DNA of 55,181 bases, from positions 1 to 55,181 of the forward strand of contig LWCA01000099.1 of the NCBI GenBank assembly GCA_001642005.1. Reading direction: 5' to 3'. The notes beneath the pieces are model-generated. The model had not been told where the DNA came from. It did not search any database and saw nothing but the letters and a program-made list of their open reading frames with translations. This DNA comes from Intoshia linei. Its lineage: Eukaryota; Animalia; Orthonectida. Of this stretch, positions 26,657 through 39,697 are shown in pieces. The translations under genes were made by a program, and so were the position numbers. Each line of letters starts with the position of its first letter. Positions within the stretch are counted from its first letter, which is position 1.

Positions 26657-26744
26657 TCCCGTCACCTGGAGTTGAACCAGGGACCTAGCGGTAACTACTA
26701 TGTAACATCTACAGCCGCTCGCTCTACCACTGAGCTACGACGGG
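26657..26744 (-). tRNA. tRNA-Tyr(GTA) with 16-nt intron
   Basis: CCCGTCG TA GCTC AGTGGTA GAGC G AGCGG CTGTAG[ATGTTACATAGTAGTT]A CCGCT AGGTC CCTGG TTCAACT CCAGG TGACGGG A; C1:G72 and A73; T-run terminator. Confidence 0.95.
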
Positions 26745-27249
26745 TCAATATTCTCCGCAGTTTACAAATATTGTACTATTTGTACTGTAATATTGTACAA
26801 GTATATTTTCATATTCGCAATGCGTACTGTACTTTTCAATTTGAAAATTTTAATTGCACAGCATGTGTGTTGTAAATTAAAAATTAGTTTATATAGTTAC
26901 ACATACCAGTGTACAAGATGTAACAAAGTTAAATTTTAAAATGAATTATTAATTACTAAAAATTTTAGTCACTTGTAATTAGTGCTTTCAAATGTGCGAT
27001 TAGAATTATTCCAATATTAAAGTAAATTATGGTTGCTATGAAACACTGAATTAATGTTACTGAAATGTTAATCATTTTGATTAGGGATCAGAAAAAATTA
27101 ATTGCAAATTTTTTTTTTAATTAATTAAGTGTTAAAATATATAAAATCGAATTAACTTATTTGAATATGACAATTAATTATCAAATATATTAAAACTTAA
27201 ATTAAAGTGGCCAGAAAAAATACGTACTACCAATTTTAGATTATTTGGT

Positions 27250-27930
27250 GTTAAATGTATGCCAAAACTACTTATCTATTATGACGAATAAAAATTTTCG
27301 GCTTAAAATATATTTGGTTTTTTCAACAATGGAAGAAATGAATTTTGGTGTAGAAGCTTATTTTAATTATATCTAATGGGTTTTAATATTTTATAATAAA
27401 AGTTTTATGATGTCTGTTTAATTGATGATAATTATGCAACAAACAAATCACTTAGTGATAAATATCATAAACCTGTATGGGTGCGCTTATCATAATTTTA
27501 ACTTAAGTGTAAATGAATATCTCTTGAAGCATGAGATTGTTTTTAATAAAGTCAACATAATAATGGGAAAGTTAAAAACGATATTATTAACTGCTAAACT
27601 GCGCCAATTCACGGATTTACGTCTAGTTATAGCTACAAGACTCGGTAAAGTAGTACAGCGGAAATGGTTCGTCAATATTTTCAAGTAAAAAAATACTTAG
27701 TAAATTTTAATGACACTCTATTAATATATAATATGTTTAATGCTTGAGAAAATGACGATATACTAAAATTGAATGTACATTTAGAAAAATTAAACAGCAT
27801 AACCAAAGCACTTCAGGGTCCAATTAATTGCTTAACAATTAGAATTTTTTTTGACGAAATTATTAGCCTACATCCATGCATGTCACAACATTTATCAACT
27901 GAATCGATTATATCATCAATGATTTGAAAT
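27250..27930 (+). pseudogene. Degraded hAT/Ac-type transposase fragment
   Basis: Across frameshifts: LIDDNYATNKSL..GCAYHNFNLSVNEYL..KVNIIMGKLKT..AKLRQFTDLR (DN and CxxH motifs), then LEKLNSITKALQ. Confidence 0.65.
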
Positions 27931-28160
27931 GATTCATGAATTGATACTGGAAGCAATACTTGTAATTTACAAGTTGTAAATGTAGTCGTTAATTAAAATA
28001 TACTAGTGAATATAATGAAATAAACATTTGATTTCAAAATAATTTGCCAAAATTAGACACAAGAAAAACGAATTGCGTCAAAAAACCTCATATTAAATAT
28101 GGACGTTTAAATTTTTTTATTTTAAAAAGTCGGAATTTTATTTTTATCGAATAAAAAAAG

Positions 28161-28248
28161 TCCCGTCACCTGGAGTTGAACCAGGGACCTAGCGGTAACT
28201 ACTACGTGACACCTACAGCCGCTCGCTCTACCACTGAGCTACGACGGG
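28161..28248 (-). tRNA. tRNA-Tyr(GTA) with 16-nt intron (second copy)
   Basis: Exons identical to the 26657 copy; intron GTGTCACGTAGTAGTT differs at 3 positions. Confidence 0.95.
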
Positions 28249-29057
28249 GTAAATATTCAGTTATTTAATGTTTTTAATTGAATATTGAAATTGTAATTTG
28301 ACATTTATCGAATTAGTTTAGTGTAAAATTAAAGTGTTAACATCAATGATATTCACAACAATTATGTACATTGTACAGTGTACACATTCTTTGGTGTGTC
28401 ATTGATGTAACATTTAAAACTATAAAATAAGACAGTGGATTGAAGGTTGTTAATCAAATAATTATCTGTTTAAATGTATAAAAATAATAAAAAGTATATA
28501 TTTAAAATATTATGTTATTTGGATAGCTTCATTTTCACAGATCGAGAATTTAAATATTTATTTACTGAAACTAAAATATATTACTGACATTTAACAATAT
28601 TTCTTATTTGATTGGTATCCAAATTACTATTACTATCTCGCCTCTACTGGGCAAAGTATTACAATTACTATTTTTACAGTAGTTTCTGAGATTTTTGTTA
28701 ACTAAATTAATCATAAATACACTTACCAATGTACTTATTTGTGTTCAATCAACATAGTTGGTGTCATTTAAAAGATTGGAAAAAATAAAAATTTAAATAT
28801 AGTTTATTAAGCAAATAAATTATTCAATTTGAAATTTAACAAAATTCATAACATAACAATGATAAAATATAAAAAATATGAGTCCGTTGGTATGTCATAG
28901 AATTTATTTATATACTATCATATTATCATATCATATTATTTGTTCTTATTTAAATATTATTGCTACTTTTTATTAATTAATTATGATTAATGATTGTAAG
29001 ATTATAGTATAAACCTATTTAGATACAGGAGGAATTGATAACAATGTATTTTATAAA

Positions 29058-32000
29058 ATGCGAGATAAATACCAGAAAAAAGACCGAGTGGGATGTGAAC
29101 ATGAAATTGCAAATACTCTAGTTTCAACAACAGATTATGAACCTGCCAAGAAAAAACAAGCTTACTCACATATGTGGTTAGTTGCAGTCTCTTTTTTGTG
29201 TAGTTTTGTTTCAGGGATTGGATGTTGTTTTACGTCACCAACTTTAGCGACAATGATTGAAGAAAATCTGCTTTATGAAAGTACTGCTCCCTGGTATACG
29301 TCACTATTAAGCATTGGAGCAATTTTTGGTGGTCCTTTAACCGGACATGTATTAAATAAATATGGTAGAAAACCTTGCATATTTATTGTAATATTGTTTT
29401 TCGCAATTTGTTGGTTTTTTACCATTTCAGCTGAATTTATCAAAATGCCATTCATTGTTCTGTACATCTCTCGTTTTATTTTTGGATTGGGATTTTCCAT
29501 GTTGTTATTAGCTTTTCCTACATATTTGAATGAAAGTGTTTACAAATCACAGAGGGGTTGGTGTAGTTCCAGTGTGGGGATCGGTATTGGATTTGGAATT
29601 CTTTTGGTTTATTCAGTTGGAAATATAATTTCCTGGCAGTATATTTCCTTGATTGCTATTATTATTCTCATACCAGCTCTATTGCTAGCTCTATGGATAC
29701 CCGAGAGTCCTAGATGGCTTATACGACATGGTAAGTTGGAATTGGGTTATGAATCGTTATTATGGTTACGTCAATGTGAAAGGCAAGCCGAAGAAGAAAA
29801 GTCGGACATATTCAACTCTGTGCAAATGAGTGACGGAATAAAGATGTTTAAAGATTATTCTGAACTTAAAAATAAAAAACTAATTAAAAATTTTGCTGCA
29901 TGTCTTGCTATTCATGCTATACAGCAACTCAGTCTTATTAATGTAATTTTAAGTTATTCTACAGGATTACTCAATGATGCTGGATTTTCAAATACCACTT
30001 TGCCACTTATTTTTATTGGAATCGTTCAATTATTCAGCGGTATGTTAAGTGCCACTTTGTTGGATAGATTTGGCAGAAGACCTCTTGTCCTCGCTAGCTC
30101 AACTCTTATCATGATTAGCTTGGCTTCAATGGGAATTTACTTTCATTTTATTTGTGCCGATCTTATCAGTCAATCTTATAAATGGATTGTTCTTGTTATT
30201 ATTACTTTTTATTTTATCAGCTACAATATGGGTATTGGAAATATACCATGGGTAATTTATAATATGTCTATTTAATACAAATAATTATTGAGATTTAAAA
30301 AAATTAGAGGAATATTTCAAAATACCATAAACAAAAATTTCTATTAAATAGAAATTTGTTCATTTAGGATTTAATTTTATAAATGTAATTCGATGCAGAG
30401 TTGCCAGAAAGTGTGTAATTCGCGCATTTCCATTAGTAATGTACATTTTAACGAACTTAATATATAGTGTTAATTAAATATTGAAAATTGGAATATGTAA
30501 ATTGTACAAGACTGATTAACTTTATAGACCAGTTTCCAAGTTTTTTTAGTATATTACCCATTAGGGCAGTGGTTGGCAGTCTTTGAGTAAATATGTAAAT
30601 TATTTATATTTAAATTTTCAACTTTAAACAATTTTCTACCATAATTGGTTCATTATTATTATTTTAACTCTGAATTTTCCGATGTCCTTGGATATTATTT
30701 TGTTGAATATACTAGAACCGTTTCTCTCAAGTTAAAATTGAAATTTATCATGTGTACATTTTAAAAAACGGGGCCCGTAGACTTTTTTGATAAAAAAAGT
30801 GGACCACGAGACGCAAAAGATTGCGACCCTTGCATTGGATGTCCACTTTTGATCTGTTTTTTTTAAAATTTGAAAATCCATTTTGCATGGGGATGGCTTT
30901 TTTTGATTCTAAAATTTATCCAAAAAAATGAAATTGGTTAATATTTACTCCCTCAAATGTAATCATTGAAATTAAGATAAAATATTAAGATAAATGTAAA
31001 ATATTAATAAATACATGTATAATGTAAAATATTTTATGTATAATAAGATTTCCTGTTGTTTCTATAGATAATTATGTTGGTAATTCCTTTGATGGATTTA
31101 CCATGGTTTGTGGATTATTTTGATTTTTAAATTTATTTCTACCTCATTTATTTTGGTTTTTAATGATGTTTGAATTTATCATAATTAACCCCAAAAACTA
31201 TACATAAAATTTATTATAAAGTCAAAATTAATTTCGTAAAAACCAAAATAAATGAGTTAGAAATGAATTTAAAAAACTAAATGGTTTATAAAACATGGTC
31301 AATACATCAAAGAAAATAAAACGATATTAACCATATACCTTTCATAGTTTTTGATAAATAAATACTTAATATGATATGTGTATTAGGGCTGTTCGTTTTT
31401 TACAAAAATAGATTTATGTTAAAAATACCCTATATCACGCTAAAAAGGGTACTTAAAAACCCCTAAAAAATATATTTTTAGAAAAATTTACCGTAAAAAC
31501 ATTAAGGTGTTTTTCTTTTTAAGGTTTTCGCGTGCTTTTTCCTTTTCTTCTTAATTGGCGCCAATGATTTTATTTAAACGTGAATACGATTAATGTACGA
31601 CCCACTAAGACATATATCAAATTTGTAATAAAAAAATGAAATATTCGCGATTACCCATGAAAAATATCAAATCAGCCACTCGTGGGTAAATACCACAGGT
31701 TGGGAATCACTGTAATATAAAAATTCATAAATATTTTATTTTTTTTGAAATGTAAGCGAAGAATAAATGATAGGATTGCAGATTACGACATATTTTTTTA
31801 TCATGGGTAGTCAAAATGGTTAGGTATTTGATTAATGTAGGTATTAAAGGTAATTAATGTATTTGAGATTATTTACGAAACAATTTGTTTATTTATGATG
31901 TTTATATATTATGTATTATATGTACCTTATTTAATCATTTTTTTAATTAATTCTTTTTAATACGTATAATAGTTTTACCCATTTCCTAATAATTTTATTT

Positions 32001-32607
32001 TATGGTTCCATGGGATATATAAAATGTGAATTGGTATCCATGGTGAAAAAAAATGGCGACCCATGTTGTATATAAAAATTTTCAATGGACATTGACACTT
32101 TTTCTATATTAATCTAACTAACATCTTTAAATAATTTGAAAAAAATTACTAAAATTTTGTAAAAATTGCCGGGGTTTAGAACAAATAGATTGTAGGCCAT
32201 TGTCTATTCCCAGCAAATTTGATTTTAGTTTTTTGCGTAAATTTCATAAAATTGTCAATTTTTTCAATTAAATTTTTTGTAAACATTGTTGTAAATGACA
32301 TTATATACGGTTTAACTATACATTTTAATTTTTAATTCATATTGTTTAGATAGTTATGTCAGAATTATTGGTATGTAATCTTCAGGAAGAATTGTCTACT
32401 TTGATTACATTTTTCAATTGGATGTTTTCATTCCTTGTGACAATATCGTATCCTTATTTAGATAAAATATTAGCTAAACATTCTATGATGTACATATTTG
32501 CAACATTTGTTGCGGGTTGTTTGTTAGTAACTGTGTTGATTCTTCCAGAAACAAAAGGAAAATCATTGGAAGACATGAAATTAAATTATGACGAAGAAAT
32601 AAAATAA
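29058..32607 (+). CDS. MFS sugar porter (Tret1/GLUT8-like); exons 29058-30251 and 32350-32607
   Basis: 12-TM pattern with KYGRK, PESPRWL, QQLSLIN, DRFGRR, IPW|IVMSEL and LPETKGKSLE. Confidence 0.92.
30567..30833 (+). mobile_element. hAT MITE (same family as 3294-3563)
   Basis: CAGTGGTTGGCAGTCTTT..AAAGATTGCGACCCTTG; internal sequence shared with 3320-3560. Confidence 0.7.
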
Positions 32608-33562
32608 TAAATTTTATATACATATATTCATTCATTTTAATATTAGCATATTCTTTATATGTTATACAGTCGAAGCCTGCCAGTTAGAGCCGAACCTACC
32701 CAGCTTGAGGCCACTAAAATGAAATTTCACAAACGATACATAGTGTTATATAGCTCCTAGCTATCTCTCTAAAGCTCTTGACTTGATATTTTAAATTTAA
32801 CAAAAATAGTTATGATATTCATGAATATAATTTTTTAAAACTCAATCTGGAAAATGAAAATTCTACCCCATTTTACAAAAATTTCTATAATGCCCGTAGA
32901 GAGGTGTCAGTACGGTAGTTTGAAATTCGAATCAAAATATAAAATTAAATTAAAAAAAGGAACTGTATGTGCTAATAGCAATATCTACTACTTTTTTTCC
33001 GTTAATTATAATTTTTTTTAAATTATAATTATATTTTATTATTTGAATCAAAAAAAATTAAAGTATTCTTCATATTTTTAAGTAACAGTTATATCACATC
33101 CCCGATTGTGATATATTAGTTAATTTTAAGTGGAAACTTAAATTACCGCAAGAAAAGTTAAAAAATTTCAAAAGAACAAAGACAAAGAATTAAATAAAAT
33201 TTTAATAATTTGCTCTCTTTGGATGACGCAGATACCCAACATGACAAGATTATTAATTTAATAAGAAATAAGCGGATATTGATCATTACATTAAATATTT
33301 TTTTAAAATATTTTTTTAATACAGAAAAACAAACAGGAAATACCAATCACATCCTTGTTAAAGAGGGTATACTCTATATAACATAATTAGTTTGTAATTG
33401 CACTAAATAAAATATTTCTTAAACATTGTGGATCACTATGAATCATCAACATAGAAACATTATGTAACATATATTGTCTGGTATATAAATAGTTTATAAA
33501 ATAATTAATATACAAATACAAAAATAATCAATTATAAACCAGTTTTGCAACATTGAGTCTCA

Positions 33563-36500
33563 ATGAAGATAAAAATATTTAACAAAAACAGAAAGTCCAG
33601 TGATACAAGTGTTTCGAACAATTATTCTGTAAAATCCATTATCCCAAACTATAAAAATACAGGACGAGGTGAAATATGGATAGTCATTTGTACACTGTTA
33701 ACCACCTTTTCTACAGGGTGTAGTTTGGGATTTCCATCTCCAATTTACCATCAGTTGATTAAAAAAAGACTACTGAACAAATTCAACTCTTCATGGTTTG
33801 TTTCTTTGTTTAGCGTTGGAGCCATATTTGGAGTACTCATTGCCACATCTATATCTAAAAATTTTGGGCGCAAAAAGGCAGTGTTATTTTCAATTTTTTT
33901 ATTGGTTGTATCATGGTTATTGATTTTATCGTCAGACTACATATCGATTCATTGGGCATTTTTGTTGTTATACACATCAAGGCTTATGGCTGGAGCTTCT
34001 GCCGCAACGTGTCTGTTGGTTTTACCAATGTACATAAATGAATCCGTTCGAAAAAATGTCCGTGGACTGTATTGTTCATCTGTTGCCGTCGGTATTAATA
34101 TGGGCATATTTTTTATATATGCTATTGGGAATATTTTACCCTGGCAATTATCCAGTATATTACCTATGGTCACTCTCATTCCAGCCGCCATAATACTCGC
34201 AAAATGCACAGAAAGTCCGTATTGGCTAGTACTTCAACAAAAACAAGATTTGGCCAATAATTCTATTTACTGGTTCCGTGGATTCAACCATTATGACCCT
34301 GAAGAACTCAAAGAAATAACTAAATATGTCGAATTCACATTGAAGGAAGCGTCACCTTCATTTGTTAACAAATTAAAATTGCTAAAAAATAAAAAAATAT
34401 TAAAAATTTTTTTGGATTGCTTGTTTATGCATTGTGCCAATCAATTCAGTATGATTAATGGAATAATCAGCTATTCTGGAAAAATTCTGACAAAAGGTGG
34501 ATACGATAAAACAAATTTTTACCCATTGTTTATTTTGGGTATTTCGCAGCTTGTTTCTACTATCATTAGTGCACTTCTTCTCGATAAATTTGGCCGCAAG
34601 ATCATGATTATGATTAGCACTATGTTTGTCATAATAACTTTGGGAGCAATGGGAGTTTATGATCAACTTTTAGATATTGGTGTACTCGATATTTCAAAAT
34701 CATATATTTTGCTCATTTTAGCGTCTTGCTATTTATTTGCTTTCAATAGCGGATTGCATTCCATCCCATGGGTATTTTAATATATTATCATTTATGCAAT
34801 TATTAAAATGTTTTCATATTCATCTTCAACAAACCATACAGAAATATGAATCATATACAAGTGATATGTCAAACAATTAGTGCAATAAAACCTTTATAGA
34901 AAATACTGCCTATTCCCGTCAAAACTGGTAATAACTAAGAACAGACTTTCTTGTAATTTTTCTCCGTCTAAGGAGAATATACCATCCTATAATCGGTTCC
35001 ATGAGACATACAAAAATTGTCCATTTTTAAATGACATAACTAGTCAATATGATACACATATAGCCACTATCAATTGTAAACCTCAATAAAATTAATTAAT
35101 CAATACGGTGGTTTTTTAAAGTGATACAGCTCGCAACAAACTTTTCATAAAAAATGTAGCGCCCGAAAGTGAACTTTATTTCGAATTTCATTATTAACCC
35201 TTTATAGTACCCTATATATACTATAGTACATGGGTTTTTAACCTTTTTCCACTTGGCACCCTTAATTATAATAAAATTTGGTTTGGGCTCTATAAAAATG
35301 TAATAAACTTAAATTAACAGAAAGTTAAAAATAGTTAAAAGTATGTGTTAAAATAATGTAACCATGATAACAAAATGGCTATCGGCAATACGTATCAAAC
35401 GGTATCTGAATCGGCTAAAAATTTGAATTAGACAAAAATTTTCACATAAAAAACACTGTGATTTGTATGATTTATTAATATTATTTATTTTAGTATCGTT
35501 TAATATTAACCGATTTCACTTTTTTGGATAAATTCTAAAAATAAAAAAAAGCATCCACATGCAAAATGGGTTTTTCTAATAAAAAAGTGGACACCCTAGT
35601 ATACATATTAAAATTAATAAATAGAATTTAAAATTATTTTTGAAACTTTATTTAAGTTTAAAAAATTTAGCTGTAAAAAGATTTTTATTGAAAAATCTGT
35701 CACCCAACCCCCTTTCTTTTATAGGTTTGGGTCCTGGGGTGCAGACACCCCAGGTTCAAAACCCATGCTATAGAACAAATCGTTTGAAAAAATTTTGAAC
35801 TATTTTTAAATGTATAATCGTAACTTATTATATTATACATATTATAATATGCTACCCGATGTTTGTGTGTGTTCAGATTTATTGAAATTTGAAATACTTG
35901 TCTTAGAATTTTATAAAGTCCACATTTCAATTACAGTTTTTTCCAAGAGTGTTTGTAAACTTAATTTAAACTTCCGAAACTCACATCTTACGAGTCAAAA
36001 ACCCCAATTGTTTTTTTTTTGAAAATCAAACAAGTATAGGAATTTAAAAATATATATGCTGATACGGATTTTAAAATCATAAACATGATCATAAATTTAA
36101 ATAAATTATATCTTCAGGGCAAAAACCCCAAATTACCCTTCATTTTTTTAATGACATTTTTAATAAACAGTCCTAGAATTTCAAAAAAATTACAAATTGT
36201 ACAGTTTTATCCTGTTAACACACATAAAGAATTTCAATCCGAATAAGTGATGAATTCACGGTCAAAAAAGCATTATAGTATTCATATATTTTTTTTCCGA
36301 AATGTTATATTAAAACAAAAAATGTAAAATAATTAACGGTCCAAAAATTAAAAAAAAAAATTAATATGATAGATCTAATTCCAGTTAATATAAATACAAA
36401 ATTTCAACCCCAGAAATTTACGCATTCCCGGTGAAAAATAATTTTTAATATATTATCAACCAATATTTTTCAAATATTTCGAATTAAAATAGAAAATGTA

Positions 36501-37251
36501 AATATTGATCCTACAATTTCAAAAAAAATGTGCAGTGAAGTCTAAACCTAAACGTCCATCTTAAACAAATTTGAGAAGCACTCCTTTAAATGATTGATAA
36601 TAGTGAATAGTAGGATTTTTAAATGAGATTTTCAACGTGAATTTATTTTTTAAGTATAATAAAAATGTGCTCTCGGCAGAGCTAGGTCCTGTTTGTACGT
36701 AGTATGTAAATTTATTTTTTGGTAGTATAAAAATGTTCCCTCGGTAGAACTAGGCTACGGGGATTGATAATAGTGAATAGTAGAATTTTTAAGTTAGATT
36801 TTCAACGTGAATTTCATAACAGTCAACCTAGTATGAATATATTGACTGATAAATGATGAATGAGTTGACTATACTAGATTTCACTCTGTAAATAGTTAAA
36901 TAAAAGAAATACAGAGTAGAGTATATAAAAATGACTTAAATTTATATAAGAGTCCCTTAGAACGTATAAAATTTGCATATAATTTTGTAATTATTATAAA
37001 TTTAGATAATGATGTCAGAGTTGATTCCAATAAATTTACGTTCTGAATTTTCGGCAATCTTAACAATAATAAACTGGATGTTATCATTCGCAGTAACAGT
37101 ATGTTTCCCATTTCTGTGCAAAACGATATCATCCTACGGGACAATGTACACTTTCGCAGGATTATGTTTTGCAACGTTTATTTACATGAGCATTTTCCTA
37201 CCAGAAACGAAAAACAAGTCATTATCAGAAATACAAAATCAATACAAATAA
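33563..37251 (+). CDS. MFS sugar porter paralog; exons 33563-34771 and 37006-37251
   Basis: NFGRK, TESPYWL, NQFSMIN, DKFGRK, IPW|IMMSEL and LPETKNKSL; same intron position as the upstream paralog. Confidence 0.92.
35830..36831 (+). mobile_element. Longer copy of the Helitron-like repeat with duplicated 3' segment
   Basis: Colinear with 5650-6290; ends CATAACAGTCAACCTAG|T. Confidence 0.6.
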
Positions 37252-37314
37252 AATTAAATATAACCAATATTTCTAATAAACGATGATAACTAAAGTTTAC
37301 TAAAGATATATATC

Positions 37315-38910
37315 TTAAGATGAAGAAGAATTTTCCGATACATTCGCATCTTTTTCTGGTTCAGGACTGATTAAATCATCATCTACATCTTTATATTCGA
37401 AATATTCGATATTTTCAGATTGGCATTTTTTTAATATCTCCATTTCATCAGAATCTTTGCGAGACTCTGATTTTTCCAAAGATTTAAAATCAGAAAATGA
37501 TTCAATATTATCAAACTGTTGTATAATTTCGTCAATTTCAGAATGATTGTTTTTCACAGTATCTATTGTATCTGGGAGGTGTTCTTTATTTTCATGACAT
37601 GTTGCACCTTCAAACTCAGACATTATAGATTCGGAAGAAAATATGCCATCATGAGATTTCTGGTTTAGGTTAGGTTTGGGTTGATACAAATATCTAATTT
37701 TACTTTTAACGACATTAACCAAGTGATTTTTGGTGGAATGGTAATGCCTCGAGATGTTAGTGGTAATTTTTAAATTATCACTGGATTCGACGTTACTAAG
37801 TATAGTAGATTTGATTAATTTATTTGAGTCAACTACAGGTTGACTGGGATTTTTTTCTGAATTCACGTTTGCGAGGATTACTGAAAATTTTTTTGAATTA
37901 GCGACGGTATTTTGATTTTGAAAAATATTTCTATCCGCAATATCAGTTTGTTCAATCTCGCATGTCGTTTTAAATTGCTCGATTTGATTAGATTCTGCAA
38001 AATGAATTTTCACCAAGGGTTTGTCTTCCTTTAATAATTGTCTTTTACATTTAGTATCAATTCTTCTTTTATCGTGGGGACTTTTGCTTGATCGTTTGCT
38101 CACAATCAATTTACCATTCATTTTACGTTTGGAGGGAGATTTTATACAATAAATGGTTTTGGAAGATTTCACCTTTTTATCCATATCTTTGTCGTCATTC
38201 AAAATAGAACGTAAATTGTTATTTTCAAAACGAAGCTGAGTAATCACTTTTTTAAAGTAAAATACAGCTTCTTGGTCGCTTTTTTCAGCTTCCTTGACAA
38301 CCTTTTCTAAATCTTGAATTTTATCTAGGTACATTTTTTCCAGTACAAATGATTCCAAAGTTGTATCAGAATCAAGCAATTTCTCGAAAAATTTTTTTCC
38401 TTCTTCGGTGCCATATTTAAGTATAACTAAATCACCATTTTCGTCTACATTGTACGGTGAAAGAAATTCTACTTTTTTTTTGTTTGCAATCAGATCCATG
38501 TCTAATTCATTTATTTTCTGAATCAAATAATTGTTTTCAGATAATAATTGCGACACGTGACTTCTATATTTTTCCATTAAAAAATTTGTTGAATTTTCAT
38601 ATTCAGCTACCAATTTTTTTAACGATTCACATCGTTTCTCCAATTTTGTCATGCTTGATTTTTCACGGACTAGACTCAGTAATCTAGTAGAGTGTACCTT
38701 GTGTTTGTTGGCGCATGTTTCCATGTATTGAATGTCATTAGATAGCTAAATTTTATGTACATCAATCAAAGTTGATGATACCTCTGCAGATTGCTTCAAT
38801 TTCAGTGAAACTTGTTCGTACTTTTTTGTTAATGTGTCCAGTCTATTCTTTCTCTCGTACATCCTGCTTGCAATTTGAGTCGCATCATGTAACGCTTTTT
38901 CTATTGACAT
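37315..38910 (-). CDS. FGFR1OP2/SIKE-family coiled-coil protein (STRIPAK-associated) with long C-terminal tail; 36-nt intron 38746-38781
   Basis: MSIEKALHDATQIASRM resembles MSCTIEKALADAKALVERL; FLMEKYRSHV resembles LIMSKYREQM; ITQLRFENNNLRSIL resembles IFQLEQENKGLREIL. Confidence 0.75.
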
Positions 38911-39276
38911 TTTCTCAATAGTATTAGATTCAGATACAGATCAAGTGGATTGAATTTTTTCAATAAATCCAATCATGTTTCTATAGATTAGAGACGCGTC
39001 AAGCAACGTTTACTAATGTTTATTTTAACTTTATTTTGAAAAGTACCTATTAATTTCCATTTCGCTTATTGATTTAGGATTGGGATTATTTTTTGTTCAA
39101 AACATTAATTGTATTGTGTACTCAATTTAAATTATAAATGTACACATATTTAGGTTAACATGTAAAAAATTTAGTTCATAAAATAGTTATAACTTTCTAG
39201 TTTAAAACAAAATTACGTTTTTATTATATCCTGCTGCACACATGAATTCAATTTTTCATTTTCTAAAATAAAAAAA

Positions 39277-39349
39277 TGCCTCCAATGAGAGTCGAACTCA
39301 CGACCCCTGGTTTACAAGACCAGTGCTCTGACCACTGAGCTATAGAGGC
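39277..39349 (-). tRNA. tRNA-Thr(TGT)
   Basis: GCCTCTA TA GCTC AGTGGTCA GAGC A CTGGT CTTGTAA ACCAG GGGTC GTGAG TTCGACT CTCAT TGGAGGC A, followed by a T-run. Confidence 0.97.
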
Positions 39350-39697
39350 TTGCAATAAGTTAAATATTATAACTTATTAAATAATTAGAATAAAAATAAA
39401 TAGCAAACGAACATATGTTAAATTAAAAGCTAAGATAAAATGACCGGAAAAAATAGGTACTATCAAATTTAGTTTATTTTGTATTAAATTTAAAGCAAAA
39501 ATTACTCATCTGTGATGAATAAAAATTTATGTCAAATAAACTAAAAGTGATAGTACGTATTTTTCTGATAACTTTCGTCTTAGGCAAAGACTTAGCCAAA
39601 ATGTAAGGTTTCTTTCAAGGTTAATAAAAAGCTGAAATAATCTAATATTTGTAAGTTGCAATAAATGTAGTACAATTTTATTGTTACAATATTGAAA

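Noticed and set aside
26672-26875. ORF-track 67-aa ORF and similar short ORFs (e.g. 15995, 18442, 18687, 29273, 33949, 34400, 38457, 54875)
   Set aside because: Antisense shadows of real genes, tRNAs or transposons.
27032-27044. RFX X-box-like GTTGCTATGAAAC (also GTAACCATGATAAC at ~35358)
   Set aside because: Not near the ciliary genes' starts; located in intergenic or repeat DNA.
39512-39570. GTGATGA...CTGA, possible C/D snoRNA between tRNA-Thr and RPL10A
   Set aside because: No convincing terminal stem or rRNA-complementary guide; expected by chance in AT-rich DNA.
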